The position numbers and the translations under genes are program-made. From Clostridia bacterium (GTDB lineage: Bacteria > Bacillota > Clostridia > Monoglobales > Monoglobaceae): a stretch of 64,000 nucleotides of DNA. Location: assembly GCA_045591035.1 (NCBI GenBank), contig JAZNSG010000027.1, forward strand, positions 20,871-84,870. Direction: 5' to 3'. The notes beneath the pieces are model-generated. The model was not told where the DNA came from. It did not search any database and was given only the letters and a program-made list of their open reading frames with translations. Every line of letters begins with the position of its first letter. The stretch's first letter is position 1. Below are positions 9,352 through 19,490 of the stretch, in pieces.

Positions 9352-10815
9352 TTACGCCTTCCCCTCGTTTTTGTTGCTTTTATTTTCTCTTGAATAAACC
9401 GCGTTCCATTTAGCAAATTTGCTCCAATCTCCATTATGAAGTTGGTCTGTTGTAACACGAAAACCCCAGTTATTTTCGGCTCTGCCCGGAGTGTTCAGTC
9501 TTGCATCCGAGCCAAATCCAAAAATATCCTGTATGGGAAAAATAACAATTTTCGAATGACTGGCATAAATTAACCTGAAAATACTGTCAAAGCATTTATC
9601 AAGGTCGTTTCCATAATAGCCACAATAATCAAACAGAATTGACCTATCCTCCTCACTCATTTCCCAAACATACCCCAAAAGCGTATTATTGTCATGAGTT
9701 CCTGTATAAGCAATTGTTCTCTCTTGATAGTTATGGGGTTTGTAAGGATTGTCCTCTTCTCCCGAAAATCCAAACTGAAAAACCTTCATTCCGTAAAATC
9801 CGCTTTGCCGGACCAGCTTCTTTACTTCATCATTAATATTGCCAAGGTCCTCTGCCACAATTGTTTTGTCACCCTGAACTTCACGAATTGCATTAACAAA
9901 CTCCCTGCCCGGGCCTTTTACCCATTTCCCCATTCTTGCATTATCAGCATCAGCCGGAACACTCCAATAAGCTTCAATACCTCTGAAATGGTCTATACGA
10001 ACTCCATCAAACAGCGAAAACATAAACTTCATTCTTTTTTGCCACCAGAAAAATCCGTCCTTCTTCATTTCATCCCAATTATAGACAGGGTTGCCCCACA
10101 GCTGTCCGTCTTTGTTGAAGCTATCGGGCGGAACACCCGAAACAGAGATTGGTCTTTCGTCATCATCAAGCATAAACAAATGCTTATTTGCCCATACATC
10201 CGCGCTGTCATAAGAAACATAAAAGGGAATATCCCCCATAATTTTAATATTTTTGCCATTGGCATAACATTTCAGTTCTGCCCATTGCATAAAGAATTCA
10301 TACTGTATGAATTTCCACAAAAAAAGAGTTTCCGGGTCAACTTTTCTCTCCGTCCACTCATTCCACGGTTTTTGTCCGTTGGCAGCTTTATATGCCATAA
10401 ATTCACAAAATTCTTTAATGTATGAATAACTTTCAACAAATTTTTCAATTTCAGTTCTGTCAACAACGCGTGAGGCGGCAAGTTTTAACAACGAAAGCCT
10501 CTCTTTGCCCAGTCTCTCAAACTCACAACTGCAGGGTTGTTTTTGTATTGAGCTTTTAAGTTCAGACTCGGTTAACAAGCCTTTATGAAAAAGAGTCTCC
10601 AAATCAACAAAATATGGGTTGCCCCCAAATGAGCCCTGGGACTTGTATGGGGAATTATATTCATCGGTGGGGCAAAAGGGCAAAACCTGCCACCAGGTAA
10701 ATCCCGACTCAGACAGAATATCTACAAATTCCTTAGCCTGTCTGCCAAAGCTTCCGATTGAAAACTCCCCATTTAACGAAGAAATGTGCATCAAAACTCC
10801 GCTTTCACGACCCAT
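9352..10815 (-). CDS. malQ: 4-alpha-glucanotransferase (amylomaltase)
   Basis: 487 aa GH77-like: GVLMHISSL, RIDHFRG, VAEDLG, YTGTHDN motifs. Confidence 0.9.
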   Translation of the reverse strand: MGRESGVLMHISSLNGEFSIGSFGRQAKEFVDILSESGFTWWQVLPFCPTDEYNSPYKSQGSFGGNPYFVDLETLFHKGLLTESELKSSIQKQPCSCEFERLGKERLSLLKLAASRVVDRTEIEKFVESYSYIKEFCEFMAYKAANGQKPWNEWTERKVDPETLFLWKFIQYEFFMQWAELKCYANGKNIKIMGDIPFYVSYDSADVWANKHLFMLDDDERPISVSGVPPDSFNKDGQLWGNPVYNWDEMKKDGFFWWQKRMKFMFSLFDGVRIDHFRGIEAYWSVPADADNARMGKWVKGPGREFVNAIREVQGDKTIVAEDLGNINDEVKKLVRQSGFYGMKVFQFGFSGEEDNPYKPHNYQERTIAYTGTHDNNTLLGYVWEMSEEDRSILFDYCGYYGNDLDKCFDSIFRLIYASHSKIVIFPIQDIFGFGSDARLNTPGRAENNWGFRVTTDQLHNGDWSKFAKWNAVYSRENKSNKNEGKA

Positions 10816-10856
10816 TAAATCATTCCTTTCAGAGACAGACTTATTAAAAGCAACCT

Positions 10857-12437
10857 TTATTTCATCATTTCAAGAATCTTTGATGCCACTTTTATTCCAT
10901 CAACAGCCGCGCTCATTATGCCCCCGGCATATCCGGCACCCTCACCTGCCGGGAAAAGTCCCCTGATGCCTATGCTCTCAAAATTCTCATCACGTTTTAT
11001 CCTGAGGGGTGCAGAAGTCCGCATCTCAACTCCGGTAAGAACAGCTCCACCGTCGGAAAAGCCTTTCATCTTTCTTTCAAAATCCAAAAGTCCTTCTTTT
11101 AGCGAGTCGGTAATAAACCGTGGCAAACACTCTCTCAAATCAGCAAATTCAGTATTCCCCGTAAATGATGGTTTTACACCATCAAACCTATCCGAAACAC
11201 GATTTTTTACAAAATCCCTTGCGAGTTGAACCGGACCTTTTCCGCCGCATAATTGATAAGCCAGACCCTCATACTTCCTTTGGAACTCTATCCCCGCCAA
11301 AGGCGAATTGTCTTTAAAGTCCTCTGGTTTTACGGATACCACAAGTGCGCTATTTGAATTTTCAGCCATTCTGTCATGTTCACTCATTCCGTTCACAACC
11401 AAGCGCCCTTCTTCCGATGAAGCATTAACAACAACGCCACCCGGACACATACAAAATGAATAACAGCTTCGGCTTTCACCATTATAAGCCAGTCTGTAAT
11501 CCGCTGTAGGCAGCATACCTTTGTCAGCAAAATTTCCATACTGTATTCTGTTTATAAATTCCCGGTTGTGTTCAATCCTTACCCCTGCAGCAAAGGGTTT
11601 TTGCTCCATAACAACACCATGCTTCATCAGCATTTTATAAGTATCCCGGCTGCTGTGACCCGGGGCAAGTATAATTTCATCGCATTCCACATACTTCTCA
11701 TTATTAAGGATAGCACCCCTGACTTTCCCATCTTTAATGTCAATATCTGTAAGACACGTATCAAACAGAATCTCACCGCCAAAGGATATTATTTTCTCTC
11801 TGAGAGTTTTTACACACAATCGCAGTTTATCCGTCCCTATATGCGGTTTTGCCATATATAATATGTCTTTTGGCGCACCACATTCTGCAAAAGTTCTTAG
11901 AACAAAGTCCTGAAGCGGACTTCCTATTCTTGTATTCAGCTTACCATCCGAAAATGTTCCGGCTCCGCCCTCTCCAAACTGAATATTGGTGTTAGGGTCA
12001 AGAATGCCCTTTTCCCAAAAACGCTTTATTTTTTCGTTGCGAGTGTCAACATCGCTGCCTCGTTCAACAAGTATTGTCCTCACACCATTTCCCGCCAACA
12101 GATATGCAGCAAACAAGCCACAAGGGCCACTCCCCACTACTAAAACGGTTTTATTTTCAGGTAAAAAAGAAGCTCCTTTCAACTCAAAGGCAGGCGGTTC
12201 TTCATAAAAACGTACTTTCTCGTCAGAAAGCGAAAAAACCGTGCTGTTTGTTTCAAAAAGCACAGAATACACATAATGTAGGTCCGACTTTCTCCTTGCA
12301 TCCAGGGATTTTTTTTGAATTTTGGGATTAAAAACCTGAAGGTTGCATTTTTCTGCAACCTTCATAGCCTCATTAAATATTTCTTCTTCTGTATGCCGTA
12401 CAGGCATTTTTATTCCGCTAACAACTATTTTTTTCAA
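10857..12437 (-). CDS. FAD-dependent oxidoreductase (COG2509-like NAD(FAD)-utilising dehydrogenase)
   Basis: 526 aa with dinucleotide motif VVGSGPCGLFAAYLLA and C-terminal FPAGEGAGYAGGI. Confidence 0.7.
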   Translation of the reverse strand: MKKIVVSGIKMPVRHTEEEIFNEAMKVAEKCNLQVFNPKIQKKSLDARRKSDLHYVYSVLFETNSTVFSLSDEKVRFYEEPPAFELKGASFLPENKTVLVVGSGPCGLFAAYLLAGNGVRTILVERGSDVDTRNEKIKRFWEKGILDPNTNIQFGEGGAGTFSDGKLNTRIGSPLQDFVLRTFAECGAPKDILYMAKPHIGTDKLRLCVKTLREKIISFGGEILFDTCLTDIDIKDGKVRGAILNNEKYVECDEIILAPGHSSRDTYKMLMKHGVVMEQKPFAAGVRIEHNREFINRIQYGNFADKGMLPTADYRLAYNGESRSCYSFCMCPGGVVVNASSEEGRLVVNGMSEHDRMAENSNSALVVSVKPEDFKDNSPLAGIEFQRKYEGLAYQLCGGKGPVQLARDFVKNRVSDRFDGVKPSFTGNTEFADLRECLPRFITDSLKEGLLDFERKMKGFSDGGAVLTGVEMRTSAPLRIKRDENFESIGIRGLFPAGEGAGYAGGIMSAAVDGIKVASKILEMMK

Positions 12438-12446
12438 GCGGGATTC

Positions 12447-13415
12447 CTACCTTTCAAATTTGCCAACAATCTTTATATAAACCTTGGAACTACTCTCCTC
12501 AAGTTGAATTCCATCAGGTAATAAAAGTTCAACCTCTTTGCCTTCATGACCAAAATTAACCGGATTAATCAATACGGTCTTTATTGAATCAAGTCCGTTG
12601 AGAACATCATTTTCAGCAGAAACTTTAACATTTGACGGTTGGATGGATATATCATAATTTTCCGCATTCGCCCAATCTACCAGGTTCACCTCAACCGGCA
12701 CGGACTCGACCTTACTAACAGGGCAACTAACAACAACAGAATCCGGCTCCATAGATACAACTTTGTAAATGTAATCATCTTTTTCAATGATTTTGCCATC
12801 TTTATCTACATAATGCAAATCCAGATTTGTGTATATATCCCCGGTTCTGCCCTCAAGATTAAGAGTGGCTCCGACATATTGAATCCCATCAATAACGGAT
12901 TGAGCACCCGTAAGCGTTACCTTCTCTGTTTTCCATGATGTTTCCCCGACAGTATAACCATTCTCAACTTTTCCCGCAGTTTGTACTTTCAATAGTTTTT
13001 CACTGGTTACGAGTTTGTCAATTTCCACATTTACACTGCTTGGAGACGTGCTGAGGATTTCGCTGTAACCATAAGGAATTTTCATCTCAATAGAGACAGG
13101 AACAGATGTCTTTCCGTTTATATTTTCAAGGTCAATATTTTCAAAGTTCACAAGCCCGTAAATTTCTTTTTTATCTATCTTTGCAATCTTCTTGCGACTT
13201 CCACGGAGCTTTAGTTCAGCCATTGTATTGGTTTCACTCACCAGACACAAATCGTTTTCCTTAAGTATACTCTGATTTGAAAATCTGATAGGAATATTTT
13301 TTACCGTAATATCAACGTAAGGGTCGACAATTTCAATTATATAAAGCCACAAAAGAACTGCTACAATAACAGATATTACCTTTAAAACAGAAGCTTTTAG
13401 AAAAAATCCTTTCAT
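12447..13415 (-). CDS. cdaR: YbbR-domain protein, CdaA regulator CdaR-like
   Basis: 322 aa with an N-terminal TM helix followed by repeated beta-rich YbbR-like modules. Overlaps the cdaA stop by 4 nt. Confidence 0.7.
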   Translation of the reverse strand: MKGFFLKASVLKVISVIVAVLLWLYIIEIVDPYVDITVKNIPIRFSNQSILKENDLCLVSETNTMAELKLRGSRKKIAKIDKKEIYGLVNFENIDLENINGKTSVPVSIEMKIPYGYSEILSTSPSSVNVEIDKLVTSEKLLKVQTAGKVENGYTVGETSWKTEKVTLTGAQSVIDGIQYVGATLNLEGRTGDIYTNLDLHYVDKDGKIIEKDDYIYKVVSMEPDSVVVSCPVSKVESVPVEVNLVDWANAENYDISIQPSNVKVSAENDVLNGLDSIKTVLINPVNFGHEGKEVELLLPDGIQLEESSSKVYIKIVGKFER

Positions 13416-14263
13416 TCTTTCTTCTCCTTTCTGGTAAACAAAATTCTTTTGCGTTTGCCTTCTTTTTTCTTGACATCGAAGAGTTTATTCAATTCCTTTT
13501 CCAGACTGTCAGGCGTGAGATGCATATTAAGTTCTCCGCCACAGGCAATTGAAATAGCTCCGGTTTCCTCTGAAACTATAACAACAACTGCGTCAGACTC
13601 CTCTGACATACCAAGCCCAGCACGATGACGGGTTCCCAGTTCCTTGCTTACATCAGGATTCTGAGACAAAGGAAGAAAACAACTTGCCGCTTCAATTTTG
13701 TTATTACGAATAATCACAGCACCATCATGGAGAGGGGTTTTAGGTATGAAAATGTTTGTAAGAAGTTCAGCTGAAATATCTGCATTCAGATTGATTCCTG
13801 TTCCGATAATATCCCCGATTTTTATTTCCCGTTCCATAACAATCAGGGCGCCTATGCGACCTTTTGACATATTCGCACAGCTTTCTTTTATTTCGCTGAT
13901 TATAACCGCCTTTTCAACATTCTCGTCTTCTTCTTCAAAATTAAACCATTGTCCAAGGCTTGTTTTCCCAATCTGTTCAAGAGCACGACGAAGTTCAGGT
14001 TGGAACACAATCAATATAGCTATCAGTCCGAGCTGCATGGCATTGCTAAGCAGATAATGTACCGTATGTAATTTAACAAACTGACTTATCTGCATCACAA
14101 CAACAAGAACAATCACGCCCTTAAGAAGCTGGACAGTTCTTGTATCGCGAATAAACTTCAACACCTTATATATGAGAAACGATACTATCAAAACATCAAT
14201 TATATCGGTAACTCTGATAAGAGCCAGTTGATTAAACATTGATTCATGAAAATGCTCAAACAT
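13412..14263 (-). CDS. cdaA: diadenylate cyclase (c-di-AMP synthase), membrane-anchored
   Basis: 283 aa with three N-terminal TM helices. DAC-domain motifs: DGAVII, RHRAGLGMSE and the SEETG motif in AVVVIVSEETGAIS. Confidence 0.9.
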   Translation of the reverse strand: MFEHFHESMFNQLALIRVTDIIDVLIVSFLIYKVLKFIRDTRTVQLLKGVIVLVVVMQISQFVKLHTVHYLLSNAMQLGLIAILIVFQPELRRALEQIGKTSLGQWFNFEEEDENVEKAVIISEIKESCANMSKGRIGALIVMEREIKIGDIIGTGINLNADISAELLTNIFIPKTPLHDGAVIIRNNKIEAASCFLPLSQNPDVSKELGTRHRAGLGMSEESDAVVVIVSEETGAISIACGGELNMHLTPDSLEKELNKLFDVKKKEGKRKRILFTRKEKKE

Positions 14264-14298
14264 TCTCCATATCTCCTTTTATCTGTTTTTTAAACAAA

Positions 14299-15738
14299 TT
14301 AGTACGCCTTGCCCCAATAAACCAGTTTTTTCGCAGGTTTTCCACAGCATATACATTTATCCGACACTTCTTCCTGGTCGAATGGCATACATCTTGACGT
14401 TGCTGTTGTGTCAGCTTTAATCTGCTCTTCACATTCCAGTTCGCCGCACCACATTGCCTTTACAAATCCGCCTTTCCCGCTGACAAGTTCCTTGAATTCG
14501 TCATAGGTTGTGGCAACACTTGTTTTTTCCTCACGGTTTTTAAGTGCAGCATCATACATTTCTTGCTGAATTTCGTTCAGATGCTTCTCAACTTCAGCAG
14601 AAAGATTATCCAAAGAAACAAAAAACTTTTCTCTTGTTGTTCTTCTGACAAGAACCGCCTGATTGTTTTCAATATCCTTAGGTCCGATTTCAATTCTGAG
14701 AGGAACACCCCTCATTTCATATTCACTGAATTTCCATCCGGGTGACTTTTCACTGTCATCAAGCTTAACCCTGAAGTTTTCAGCAAGTTCAGCCCTGAGT
14801 TCTTCTGCCTTTTCCAACACGCCCTCTTTATGTTGAGCAATTGGGATAATCACAGCCTGAATGGGGGCAATGCGCGGGGGAAGTTTAAGACCTGCATCGT
14901 CACCATGCACCATTATAATAGCCCCGATAGAGCGTGTTGAAACGCCCCATGACGTCTGGTGAACATAGCTGAGTTCATTATTTTCGTCAGTATATTGAAT
15001 ACCAAAAGCTCTGGCAAACCCATCACCGAAATTGTGACTTGTGCCTGACTGGAGAGCTTTTCCGTCGTGCATAAGGCTCTCAATGGTGTACGTAGCCTTA
15101 GCTCCGGCAAACTTCTCTTTGTCTGTCTTTCTGCCTTTTATTACAGGTATAGCAAGTTCCTTTTCAAAGAAATCTGCATAAACATCAAGCATACGCAAGG
15201 TTTCTTCCTCAGCCTCCTGAGCTGTTGCATGAGCTGTATGCCCCTCCTGCCATAAGAACTCCGCACTTCTAAGGAATGGTCTTGTGGTTTTTTCCCATCT
15301 CACAACACTGCACCATTGATTATAAAGCTTGGGCAAATCTCTGTAAGAGTGAATAATATTTGCATAATGGTCGCAGAAAAGTGTTTCAGAGGTGGGTCGT
15401 ACACAAAGGCGTTCCTGAAGTTTTTCAGTGCCGCCGTGTGTAACCCAGGCAACCTCGGGAGCAAATCCCTCAACGTGGTCTTTTTCACGTTGCAACAAAC
15501 TTTCAGGAATAAACATAGGCATATAAACATTTTCATGTCCTGTCGCTTTAAATCTTGAATCAAGTCCTTTTTGTATATTCTCCCAAATAGCATATCCATA
15601 AGGCTGAATAACCATACAGCCTTTAACACCGGAATAGTCAACAAGTTTTGCTTTCTTAACAATATCGGTATACCATTGGGCAAAATCCTCACTCATAGAG
15701 GTAATTTCTTCTACCAATTTCTTTTCGTCTTTTGCCAA
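14299..15738 (-). CDS. proS: proline--tRNA ligase (archaeal/eukaryote-like short form)
   Basis: Class II aaRS; [12 protein letters not shown]-terminus and C-terminal Cys-containing domain ending YWGKAY. The start is probably TTG 15738 (MAKDEKK...), 9 nt after AAGGGA; the track start 15756 is also a TTG. Confidence 0.88.
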   Translation of the reverse strand: MAKDEKKLVEEITSMSEDFAQWYTDIVKKAKLVDYSGVKGCMVIQPYGYAIWENIQKGLDSRFKATGHENVYMPMFIPESLLQREKDHVEGFAPEVAWVTHGGTEKLQERLCVRPTSETLFCDHYANIIHSYRDLPKLYNQWCSVVRWEKTTRPFLRSAEFLWQEGHTAHATAQEAEEETLRMLDVYADFFEKELAIPVIKGRKTDKEKFAGAKATYTIESLMHDGKALQSGTSHNFGDGFARAFGIQYTDENNELSYVHQTSWGVSTRSIGAIIMVHGDDAGLKLPPRIAPIQAVIIPIAQHKEGVLEKAEELRAELAENFRVKLDDSEKSPGWKFSEYEMRGVPLRIEIGPKDIENNQAVLVRRTTREKFFVSLDNLSAEVEKHLNEIQQEMYDAALKNREEKTSVATTYDEFKELVSGKGGFVKAMWCGELECEEQIKADTTATSRCMPFDQEEVSDKCICCGKPAKKLVYWGKAY

Positions 15739-15798
15739 AATTAACATTCCCTTCAAACATAGATAGTTTCTGATTCTTATATAAATTTACTCATTAAC

Positions 15799-15827
15799 AG
15801 TATAAAGGAATTTCCCTTTTGTGTCAA
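15799..15827 (-). promoter_or_regulatory. putative sigma-A promoter of proS (TTGACA-17-TATACT)
   Basis: Minus strand reads TTGACA, a 17-nt spacer, then TATACT, about 60 nt upstream of the proS start. Confidence 0.45.
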
Positions 15828-15893
15828 GGGTAAAACAGAGATTTTAAAGGTTTCACCTAGGTTTTTTTACAGGTAATGCCAAAATGTTTTTTC

Positions 15894-18392
15894 TTATTCA
15901 ATCCCTAACACCTTGTAACCTTTTTCCTCAACTGTTCTCAATAGTATCTCATCTGAAATTTCCCTATCAAATTCAACCACGGCTGTGCCTTCTTTGTGAC
16001 TTACCTCAACAGATTTTGCACCCCCCAAGGATTCAAGTGCAGTCTTGACACTAGCCTCACAATGGGGACACATCATGCCCTCAATTTTTATGGTTTTTCT
16101 TAACATTTTCATCTTCCTTTCCTTCACTTTTTCCCTTTTGTTGTATACGTTCACGAAGTTGAGTCTTAAAGCATTTGACACCACACAAAAACTTGATAAA
16201 CTCATTGCCGCTGCTCCAAACATTGGACTAAGCTGCCACCCGGTAAAATGAATAAACACTCCCGCCGCCAGCGGTATACCAATAACATTATAGATAAAGG
16301 CCCAGAACAAATTTTCATAAATATTTCGAAGTGTCCTCTTGCTGAGGCGGATTGCTGCTCCAATATCTTTCAAGCCACTTTTCATAAGGACAACATCTGC
16401 GGCATCAATTGCCACATCAGTGCCTGTCCCCACAGCAATTCCAATATCAGCGGCTGAAAGTGCCGGTGCATCGTTTATTCCGTCACCTACCATAGCGACT
16501 TTTCCACTTTTCTTAAGCCCTGATACAGCATCGCACTTGCCTTTGGGTAAAACCCCTGCAATAACTTTATCAATTCCAACCTGCTTGGCTACCGCCTTTG
16601 CAGTTTTTTCGTTATCTCCAGTTACCATAACAACTCTTATGCCCATATCTTTCAGTTCCGCAATGGCCTCCCGGCTGTCACACTTTATGGCATCTGCTAC
16701 AGCAATTATTCCAAAAAATTTTCCGTCTTGGCAGAAAAACAACGGTGTGTTTCCGTTCTCTGAAATTCTTTCTGCATCTTCTATAAACTTTTGGGGAATC
16801 TGGGTTTTGTTTTTAACTAAATCGTAATTCCCTGCAAAGCAAGGTTTTTTATCTATTTCACCATATACTCCGCTTCCCGTTAAAACCTCAAATTTTTCTG
16901 TTTCAAAAGCATCTGCGGACAAAACTTCTCCTTTTTTCACTATGGCTTTTGCTATAGGATGCTCAGACTTTTTTTCCAATGACACTGCAAGGCAAATAAG
17001 TTCTCTTTCAGAAACATCATCTGCTGTTATTATTTCAGTAACCTCCGGCTCACCACGTGTCACTGTTCCCGTTTTATCCAAAGCAATAATTTGAGTTTTT
17101 CCCGTAACCTCAAGTGAGGTGGCGTTCTTAAATAAAATTCCGTTTTTCGCTCCAACTCCGCTCCCTACCATAATTGCCACAGGCGTAGCAAGTCCCAACG
17201 CACAAGGACAGCTTATAACAAGGACTGAAATTGCTCTGGCTAAGGCAAATCCCATTGTTTCTCCCAATAATAACCACGTCAAAAAGGTAACCACAGCGAC
17301 CACTATCACCGAAGGAACGAAGATGCCGGAAATAATATCTGCTGTCTTTGAAACAGGAGCCTTTGAAGCCGCAGTTTCGCTTACAATTTCAATTATTTGC
17401 GACAAGGTATTGTCCTTTGCTTCCCGAAGAGTCTTACATTTTATAAATCCAAGTCGATTTATGGTCGCTCCTGTTACATTGTCTCCCTCTTTCTTATCCA
17501 CAGGGATACTTTCCCCGGTAATGGCCGATTCATCTACCGCCGTCACACCCTCAACAACTACGCCGTCTGTGGGTATACTCTCACCCGGCAAAACCAAAAA
17601 AATATCCCCTGCCTTAAGTTCTTCAGCTAAAATAACTGTCTCTTTCCCATCTTTAATAATTCTTGCAGTTTTGGGTGCCAGATGCATCAAACTTTTCAGT
17701 GCATCTGCTGTTTTTCCTTTAGCCCGGGCCTCAAGGAGTTTCCCCAAAGTTATCAATGTTAAAATCATAGCAGCTGACTCAAAGTATAACTCATGAACAA
17801 AATGTGCAACCATAGTATAATTGCCTGAAAATAGCTCACCGCTCATGTCAAACAACACATATACACTATATCCAAAAGCCGCACCTGCACCAAGAGCAAC
17901 AAGACTGTCCATATTAGGTGAGCCTTTGAAAAGCGACCTGAACCCGTTTATAAAAAACCGTTGGTTTATTACCATTACAGCAGAAGTTAAAAGTAGTTGG
18001 AGAATGCCTATTGACATAGTATTTTCCGCCAAAACCTCAGGCAAAGGAAATCCCCACATTACATATCCCATTGATATATACATAAGTGCAATCAAAAAAA
18101 CCAAAGACGAAAAGAGACGAACTTTGAGTTGACGTATGCCTGAATCACCAGTATTTTCACCGGTTTTGGTTTTCTTAGATTTATCTCTATTTTCTGAAGA
18201 AGATATTCCATAACCTGCATTTTCAACGGCAGAAATAATACTTTCCTCATCAGCTGTACCTTCAACAAACATAGAATTAGTCAAAAGATTTACCTGACAA
18301 CTCTCAATCCCTTCAAGTTTTGACACGGCCTTTTCAACACGCGAACTACAAGCTGCACAACTCATACCGGTTATATTATATTTTTTCACCAT
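15894..18392 (-). CDS. copA: copper-translocating P1B-type ATPase with N- and C-terminal HMA domains
   Basis: 832 aa; N-terminal HMA GMSCAACSSRV, TM CPC motif, DKTGT, GDGINDAP, plus a second MMCPHC HMA domain as the last 70 aa. Confidence 0.9.
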   Translation of the reverse strand: MVKKYNITGMSCAACSSRVEKAVSKLEGIESCQVNLLTNSMFVEGTADEESIISAVENAGYGISSSENRDKSKKTKTGENTGDSGIRQLKVRLFSSLVFLIALMYISMGYVMWGFPLPEVLAENTMSIGILQLLLTSAVMVINQRFFINGFRSLFKGSPNMDSLVALGAGAAFGYSVYVLFDMSGELFSGNYTMVAHFVHELYFESAAMILTLITLGKLLEARAKGKTADALKSLMHLAPKTARIIKDGKETVILAEELKAGDIFLVLPGESIPTDGVVVEGVTAVDESAITGESIPVDKKEGDNVTGATINRLGFIKCKTLREAKDNTLSQIIEIVSETAASKAPVSKTADIISGIFVPSVIVVAVVTFLTWLLLGETMGFALARAISVLVISCPCALGLATPVAIMVGSGVGAKNGILFKNATSLEVTGKTQIIALDKTGTVTRGEPEVTEIITADDVSERELICLAVSLEKKSEHPIAKAIVKKGEVLSADAFETEKFEVLTGSGVYGEIDKKPCFAGNYDLVKNKTQIPQKFIEDAERISENGNTPLFFCQDGKFFGIIAVADAIKCDSREAIAELKDMGIRVVMVTGDNEKTAKAVAKQVGIDKVIAGVLPKGKCDAVSGLKKSGKVAMVGDGINDAPALSAADIGIAVGTGTDVAIDAADVVLMKSGLKDIGAAIRLSKRTLRNIYENLFWAFIYNVIGIPLAAGVFIHFTGWQLSPMFGAAAMSLSSFCVVSNALRLNFVNVYNKREKVKERKMKMLRKTIKIEGMMCPHCEASVKTALESLGGAKSVEVSHKEGTAVVEFDREISDEILLRTVEEKGYKVLGIE

Positions 18393-18410
18393 TTTTCACC
18401 ACCTTTTATA

Positions 18411-19298
18411 CTAAATAACCTCTTTTTTTACCCAAGCCTCCACAAAATCAGCAAATTTATTAACAAGGGGTTTTCTGTTCTCATTTTGAGGCAATGCAAG
18501 GCCGATTGTACGAAAAGCCTCAGGGTTAAGCGGTTTGGTCAGCACCCTATGGTTTCCGTTCTTGAGTACAAGCTGATGCGCAATACAAATGCCCAACTCG
18601 TTTTCTACCATTGACAGCATGGCATAATCATCAGCACTCTTATATTTTATGTTGGGTACAATTCCGTTTTTCTCAAGATATATCCGAGCATCACGGTCAG
18701 TATTGTCAACCAAACTAACTACCGATTCCCTTTCAAATTCACGAGCAGACACACACCTTTGTCCCGCTAACCTGTGATTTTGGGGAATAACCGCAAGAAG
18801 GCTGTCTCGCATCAGCATTCTGCAGGGACAATCCTCATCAAAAGGCATGGACACAAAACCAACATCCAGTTCCTTACTCCTGAGTTTTTCTTCAATTTCA
18901 AAGTATCCTCCATCAAAAATCTCAAACTCTGCCAATGGATTTTCTTCACCAAACTCCTTTATTATAATGGGTAGCCAGTTAACGGCTATACTCTTAAACG
19001 CACCTATCCTCAGGATATTCTCACCATCCATCTTAAGTCTGTCAGCCAAATCCTTTACGCTTCGGTTAGCCTCAACAACCTTTTTAATGGCATTGTACAT
19101 CAAATGCCCCTCATTTGTCATTCTTACACCATTTTTATTCCTCACAAGAAGCTTAAGCCCAAGCTCATCCTCTAAAGAATTCAAAAGTTGAGTAATACCT
19201 GATTGACTGTTTCCAAATATTTTTGCAGTTTGGGAAACTGATTTGCACTCACAGGCACAAATAAAAACCTCATATTTTTTAATTTTCAAGTCCATCAC
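18411..19298 (-). CDS. LysR-family transcriptional regulator
   Basis: 295 aa; N-terminal wHTH (FICACECKSVSQTAKIFGNSQSGITQLLNSLEDELGLKLLVRN) and a LysR substrate-binding domain. Confidence 0.85.
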   Translation of the reverse strand: MMDLKIKKYEVFICACECKSVSQTAKIFGNSQSGITQLLNSLEDELGLKLLVRNKNGVRMTNEGHLMYNAIKKVVEANRSVKDLADRLKMDGENILRIGAFKSIAVNWLPIIIKEFGEENPLAEFEIFDGGYFEIEEKLRSKELDVGFVSMPFDEDCPCRMLMRDSLLAVIPQNHRLAGQRCVSAREFERESVVSLVDNTDRDARIYLEKNGIVPNIKYKSADDYAMLSMVENELGICIAHQLVLKNGNHRVLTKPLNPEAFRTIGLALPQNENRKPLVNKFADFVEAWVKKEVI

Positions 19299-19382
19299 TT
19301 CACTTTGTATAACTTTTTCTTATATAATAATTCATTTTTTACTGGAAGTCAAGATAAAATTTATAATTCTTCCTTATAATAC

Positions 19383-19411
19383 TTGACTTTTATAAATTCT
19401 TCCCGTAAAAT
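19383..19411 (+). promoter_or_regulatory. putative sigma-A promoter of putP (TTGACT-17-TAAAAT)
   Basis: TTGACT 19383-19388, 17-nt spacer, TAAAAT 19406-19411. The -35 overlaps one arm of an 8-bp inverted repeat. Confidence 0.45.
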
Positions 19412-19490
19412 ATAATGTGTATATATTTTATATATTAGAAAAACTTATGTTTGTACTCTTGAATTAGGTATAAACGGAAAGGTGGATTTT

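Noticed and set aside
15739-15893. A T-box or other leader upstream of proS.
   Set aside because: The leader is only about 60 nt after the TTGACA-17-TATACT promoter, and it contains no conserved T-box elements.
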